From: Marsupella aquatica
Taxonomy: Eukaryota; Plantae; Marchantiophyta
Direction: 5' to 3'
Assembly (NCBI GenBank): GCA_973895155.1
Contig: OZ316896.1
Span: forward strand, 5,407,303 to 5,471,302
DNA length: 64,000 nucleotides
Notes under the pieces: model-generated
Databases searched by the model: none
Told to the model about the DNA's origin: nothing
Seen by the model: only the letters and a program-made list of their open reading frames with translations
Program-made: the position numbers and the translations under genes
Shown here: positions 59,906 through 64,000 of the stretch, piece after piece
Layout: every line of letters begins with the position of its first letter
Position numbering within the stretch: position 1 is the first letter of the stretch

Positions 59906-62790
59906 GAGTTATGATTGAGGTTTGCAAGGAGAATGGATTACAAGAGGTTGTCATCCAAGGGTTTATGGCGGATAATGCACAAGCTGGATGGAATGTTGTG
60001 CGTAATGTTTTTTTTGGTGGACACCCAAATGCGGAGAGGGAGCGCTCTGATCCATTTCACTTTTATCAATCTTTCCATCGACATTCCAAGGAAGGAGTAC
60101 TCAAAGAATGTCAATCAAAACATCGGAGACTTTGGGAGAAACTAAGAAATGCTCCAACGTTTGTGGTAGCATATCGCGTGTCCCGAGAGATTGTGGTTTG
60201 GTAGCAATCAGGAAACTGTGTCCCTGGAAAGCTCATGATGCTACAAAGCTGGATATCCTGGTGGGTTGTTTGATGGCGCCAGTGGGGCAATTTTATTCGA
60301 GTGGTATGACATCCATCTCCTCTCTTGTCTTTCATTTTCATCAACTTTATATTAGCGCCAGGTGCTGGTATGATTTGCTCGTATCTTACACGTAAAAACC
60401 AGGAATACAATACATTGAGTCCAACATGTCCATAAAGTTCCAGAATCATAATTGCAATTGTATTTCACGTATGTTATACATACTTGTCGGTGCCAGCGCC
60501 AAGCGCTGGTAATACAATGCTAGTACTGATTATTGCATTCGGACTATGGCAAAGCAAAAGCGCAGAAGAAGGTGCCTTGATTCCCAACTGTACAGGGTCA
60601 GAATCAAGGCATGTGTCGATGAAAGCGTGGGCTACAAAGAAACAAGTTGGTCTTTTTTAAGCATGCAAAGTTGACCGAAATTGAGCCCTGTCTCAAGTTG
60701 CGGGATACAATGCATATCGGAAGGGTTGAACAGAGGAAAGGGGCCAACTATATGGGAATTGGCATTCCGTTCCGCCAATCAAGCAGGTTTGCCAAGGTTA
60801 TTTGAAGATGCAACCAACATACTTTGATTTGGAAAGAAGTACTCCCCTTAACGGAGATATCGTGACCAAGTCAATGAAGAGAAAGGGACATGCAACTAGG
60901 ACTGTCTCTCCACAAGACTCCCATCGGCATGACACCGTTCTCATAACCACACCAAATACTCGTGGTTTGAAAAGGAAAACCTAAACAGAACTGACTTTGC
61001 CTCCATTCCCTCTAATTCTAATGATCCTGTGACAAGAGTGGTGAATCTCTCTGGCATGGACACATCAGATGGTGATACTGATTCACTGGACAATACCCCT
61101 CAAACAACCCGTACAACAAGATCCACAAAACCTCCACTCAGCCCCAGCCTCACTTCAGAATCCACTTCCACGCACGATTGTGCTAGAGAAGGATGTCCCT
61201 CTTGGGCAGTGGCAGTTGCGACGGATGTCCAAGTATGGAGCAGGTCCCCAGTGTAATGGGACACTCAATGGGAGTTCTGATCACGATGAGTGTCGACATC
61301 GTATCAAGAAGGTTGGCTTCCATTCGTCTGACGGTGTTGTTGGAATTGTTGTGAAGGGCCATCATCTCTTCAAGGGCGAACCCATCTCCGAAATGATTTG
61401 GTTCTGCCCAAACCAAACCTGTTATAAGAGTTGTTTGCGTCGTGGTGTTCATCAGCTTCCTCCTTTTCCTGAAATTTTGCCTGTTCTGAAGGGTACGAGC
61501 GTATCTCCTTCTGAAATCACGTTCCTCGAAGAGCAAGGACTTGTCTTAGCCCAAACAACAGGATCGAGTCAATCTGCGCCATCTTTGTTTGAGCTCAGGA
61601 TAAATGTGAACGTGTTCCCAGAAACAATAAGGTTTTTGGAGCCAAATGTCCGGCTGGGTAGTCGGAATGGGAGGAACTCAAGACCTCGATCTAATCTCAC
61701 TCACTGTGGGTCACACTAAGCGAATGGAGTCTGCACGACAAGAAGAGATGAGTTTGGATGGGGAATGGAATGTTTCGACTGGAAATGCTTTTGGAAAGGA
61801 ATTTCAAATTTGAACCCATGAGAACCTTCGATCCCCAAGCACGTACTTTGTGCAATTTTGTATCTTCCCTGCTTGCTCTTGTGAGGACTTCTTCCAACGA
61901 CATTTGCGTGGCAAGTCGTACATGCCTTGTAAACATCTATACTGGGTGTACATAAATGTTTTCAAACTTGAGGTTGAGGAGTCGACTCTTTGTAGCCAAC
62001 CAATTTTGACTGTGGGCGAAGTCAGGCTTGTCTTGGAGAGGCAGAACTTGAATGGCTTATAATAGAGGCCGAAACTTCCGTATAGGTCGTTCAATATAAT
62101 GGATAGTCACTATTTTGTCTTTACCCAACGGATATTTTACTTGTTTTATTCAAAATTGTTTGGTTAGCGCGGGGCGCTGCTTCCAGAAATCTTACTTTTC
62201 TTGCTTTATTATGTACGCGTGTAGTGTAAGCATTACAACATGTTTTATTTAAAATGTGTAAGTTGATATCATTATGTTTTATCTTTAAAGCCGCGTTTAT
62301 TCAATTATTCTGAAAAATATAGTTATCGCTAGGAGGTGTTTTGTCATTTGTTTGTCACGATACACGGTCCATTTAAGTGAACTCATTTTGATTGAGTTTA
62401 TTTGGACACTACTCTTCACTTGTTCTATGGTGGGTCCCACCCTAAGGTTCACTTTTTAGCTTGGACGAATAGTGATATTTGAATGAATGTTTCATTGAGT
62501 ATAGTCCCAATACCGTGTTCAGTTATCTTCTACAACAAAATGTTGTTGCAAGGGAGGATTGCTAGTACTCTTCATCCATCGGATGGCACAAAATAATTGT
62601 TTGTTTTAAACCTAATTCACTAAAGCAAAATTCTGTGATTAGCGTAGTTTTTCATTCGAACCAAAGGGCTATGGTTGATGCAAAACTGGTAACAGGGAAT
62701 CGCTTACTAGTAACAGGTAAAATTTGACTGTTAACAGCAAAATATCTCCTGGTAACAGGTTTTCTGTTTTCTGTCATGGCTATCATACCC

Positions 62791-63280
62791 TTTGTCCTTG
62801 TCTCTATTCTTATTCCATGATTTGCCAGGGGTCATAGTCAAAGCGGTTCCTGAGGAACTAGATGGCATAGAGGACGAGACCATTTTTTGTTGTATGTCAT
62901 TAGTCAGCAAAACGCTTATAACCTCATTATAGGTGATAGTTGACTTATCACGATGAAGTAACACTCTTGATAGAGACTAATAGGATGCAGTCAAAGAACT
63001 CAAAAGATAAAGTGTTTTTCTCTCATCAGTTAATTTCTCTCCAAGATTCAATAAAGTTGCAACGAGATCATTGAATGGATCAATGTGATCTTGAATCTTG
63101 GTGATTTTATCCTTCATCTTGAAACTCATTAGTTTCAAGGATGTATAGAGCCAATTAAAAAGCTACATGTGATGGTATGTTTGTTGCAACGTCGTGAACA
63201 AAGAGGTGCATGATGAATGGTCATCAAGTTGCTTGATGATATGAGGCTGGAGATACTTAGAGTTAATGATACTCATACCT
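62791..63280 (-). pseudogene. Copia gag (UBN2-type) remnant
   Basis: LMSFKMKD..IQDHIDPFNDLVATLLNLGEKLTDE...LLSSL..SY.SL..VLLHRDKSTITYNEVISVLL. Confidence 0.85.
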
Positions 63281-64000
63281 TGGGAATTGAGAGAACTAAG
63301 AGGGAGGAGCGAGCGGAGCGCTTTTGGTGGTTTGGCTATGGCCGCTGACCTTCGGTGGACTCGCTATTGCGCCCTGTCTTCCTTGGCGTTAGACGGATCG
63401 TGAAAAAGATTCAGGTATGGCTGCCCTTGCTGTAACGCGAGCAGGACCTTGACAGGATTTGGGCTGGCAAAACATGATCTGAGCGGAAACAGAAGACTGA
63501 GCAGGGAAAAACTGGGAAGCAACGCGCTTAGATCCGGGATACTCTTGGAGAAAGTGGTGCGTGAACTGCTGCCTCGAGTGGTAGTTTTAGCTTCGAGCAT
63601 TGGAAAACCAATCACTCTGTGAAGCAAAGGCTGCTTTATCTTCTGCTTTTGCTTTGCACGGTGGGACCATTCCGGCTGGGGCTTTTGCAAGCGCTCTGAG
63701 TGTGTTTAGATTGACGCTGATAGCTTGAGATACGATCTGACTAGATGGAACATTTCAGGAGTTTGGGGATGCGGACACGAACCAGCTATGGTCGGGGTTC
63801 GGGGCGTGGGTCTACTTTGTATTTAGAGGTCGGCTCTTTTCACGGGAGTCGGACGATGGAGGCTGCAGGAAAAGGACGGGCTACATCAACTCTGAATGCA
63901 AACACCATTACAGTAGTGGATAGGGGCAGACGTATAGGTGAAACAGCAGATAACACAAGATTCTCTTTACAAGATGCTAGGGGCGGACTGAAGGCTGCTC

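Larger units (their letters stand above)
55791..62062 (+). pseudogene. Mutator-family transposase (GCM/WRKY-like Zn domain, DDE core, C-terminal SWIM finger), interrupted by a solo LTR
   Basis: One frame from ATG 55791 to 57539 with TAA/TGA/TAG stops. Motifs: CTGFIEC.NKSC...CHYC...C...HIGEHNHP; WVSFD; GFMADNAQAGW; DPFHFYQS; WISWWVV.WRQW; PNCTGSESRH; SWIM CSCEDF...CKHLYWV. Confidence 0.85.
48925..62790. mobile_element. Large Mutator-like element (13.9 kb) with degenerate TIRs and cargo genes
   Basis: 10-bp TSD tttgtccttg at 48915-48924 and 62791-62800; GGG...CCC termini with weak TIR similarity (ggg..gatagc..acag.aaacag). Excision rejoins copia gag (..NRDKDKSRSRSR..). It encodes a MULE transposase. 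Confidence 0.9.
38749..63280 (-). mobile_element. Decayed Ty1/copia LTR retrotransposon interrupted by three insertions; 5' LTR not seen
   Basis: Order on the - strand: UBN2-type gag (63280-62791), CCHC knuckle CWKCNKVGHMKKDC, protease WILDCACTYH, integrase (YVHSDVW, FIDNYSR), RT (YKARLV, QMDVVIAFL, LKQAPRQW), RNase H KHIDIR|YHFIR, PPT, 3' LTR. This is copia domain order. Confidence 0.9.

Noticed and set aside
63281-64000. 5' LTR/PBS of the copia element or a 108-aa gene
   Set aside because: No match to the 38749-39250 LTR and no recognisable domain. It is probably another insertion running off the window, but this cannot be supported from the sequence shown.

Overview
Eukaryotic land-plant DNA with GT-AG introns. 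A CFAP53-type flagellar gene and a KUF1-type F-box gene point to a non-seed plant with motile sperm, most likely a bryophyte or liverwort (inference). The left ~37 kb holds two apparently intact genes (KUF1/SKIP25-like F-box/kelch, 8280-9503 -; five-exon CFAP53-like, 25257-27978 -), a short coiled-coil/tail-anchored ORF, a GPA3-like kelch pseudogene, MITEs and many short tandem duplications. The right ~25 kb is a nest of transposons. A decayed Ty1/copia element (- strand) is split by three TSD-flanked insertions: a 2.0-kb solo LTR, a 4.05-kb TG..CA element containing an ~808-codon ORF, and a 13.9-kb Mutator-like element (MULE, 48925-62790, 10-bp TSD) that itself carries a solo LTR. The most notable feature is this MULE. 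Divergent from its GCM/DDE/SWIM transposase it carries an intron-containing cargo gene that fuses a ParB/Srx-like domain (DGNHR) to a beta-class N4C/N6A DNA-methyltransferase-like fold. It also has about 14 copies of an AGCGCC-N-GGCGCT palindrome, placed almost only in its introns, promoter and spacers. Together these suggest a candidate transposon-encoded, site-directed epigenetic (anti-silencing) system. This copy is pseudogenised, and domain calls come from recognising motifs by eye, not from database searches.
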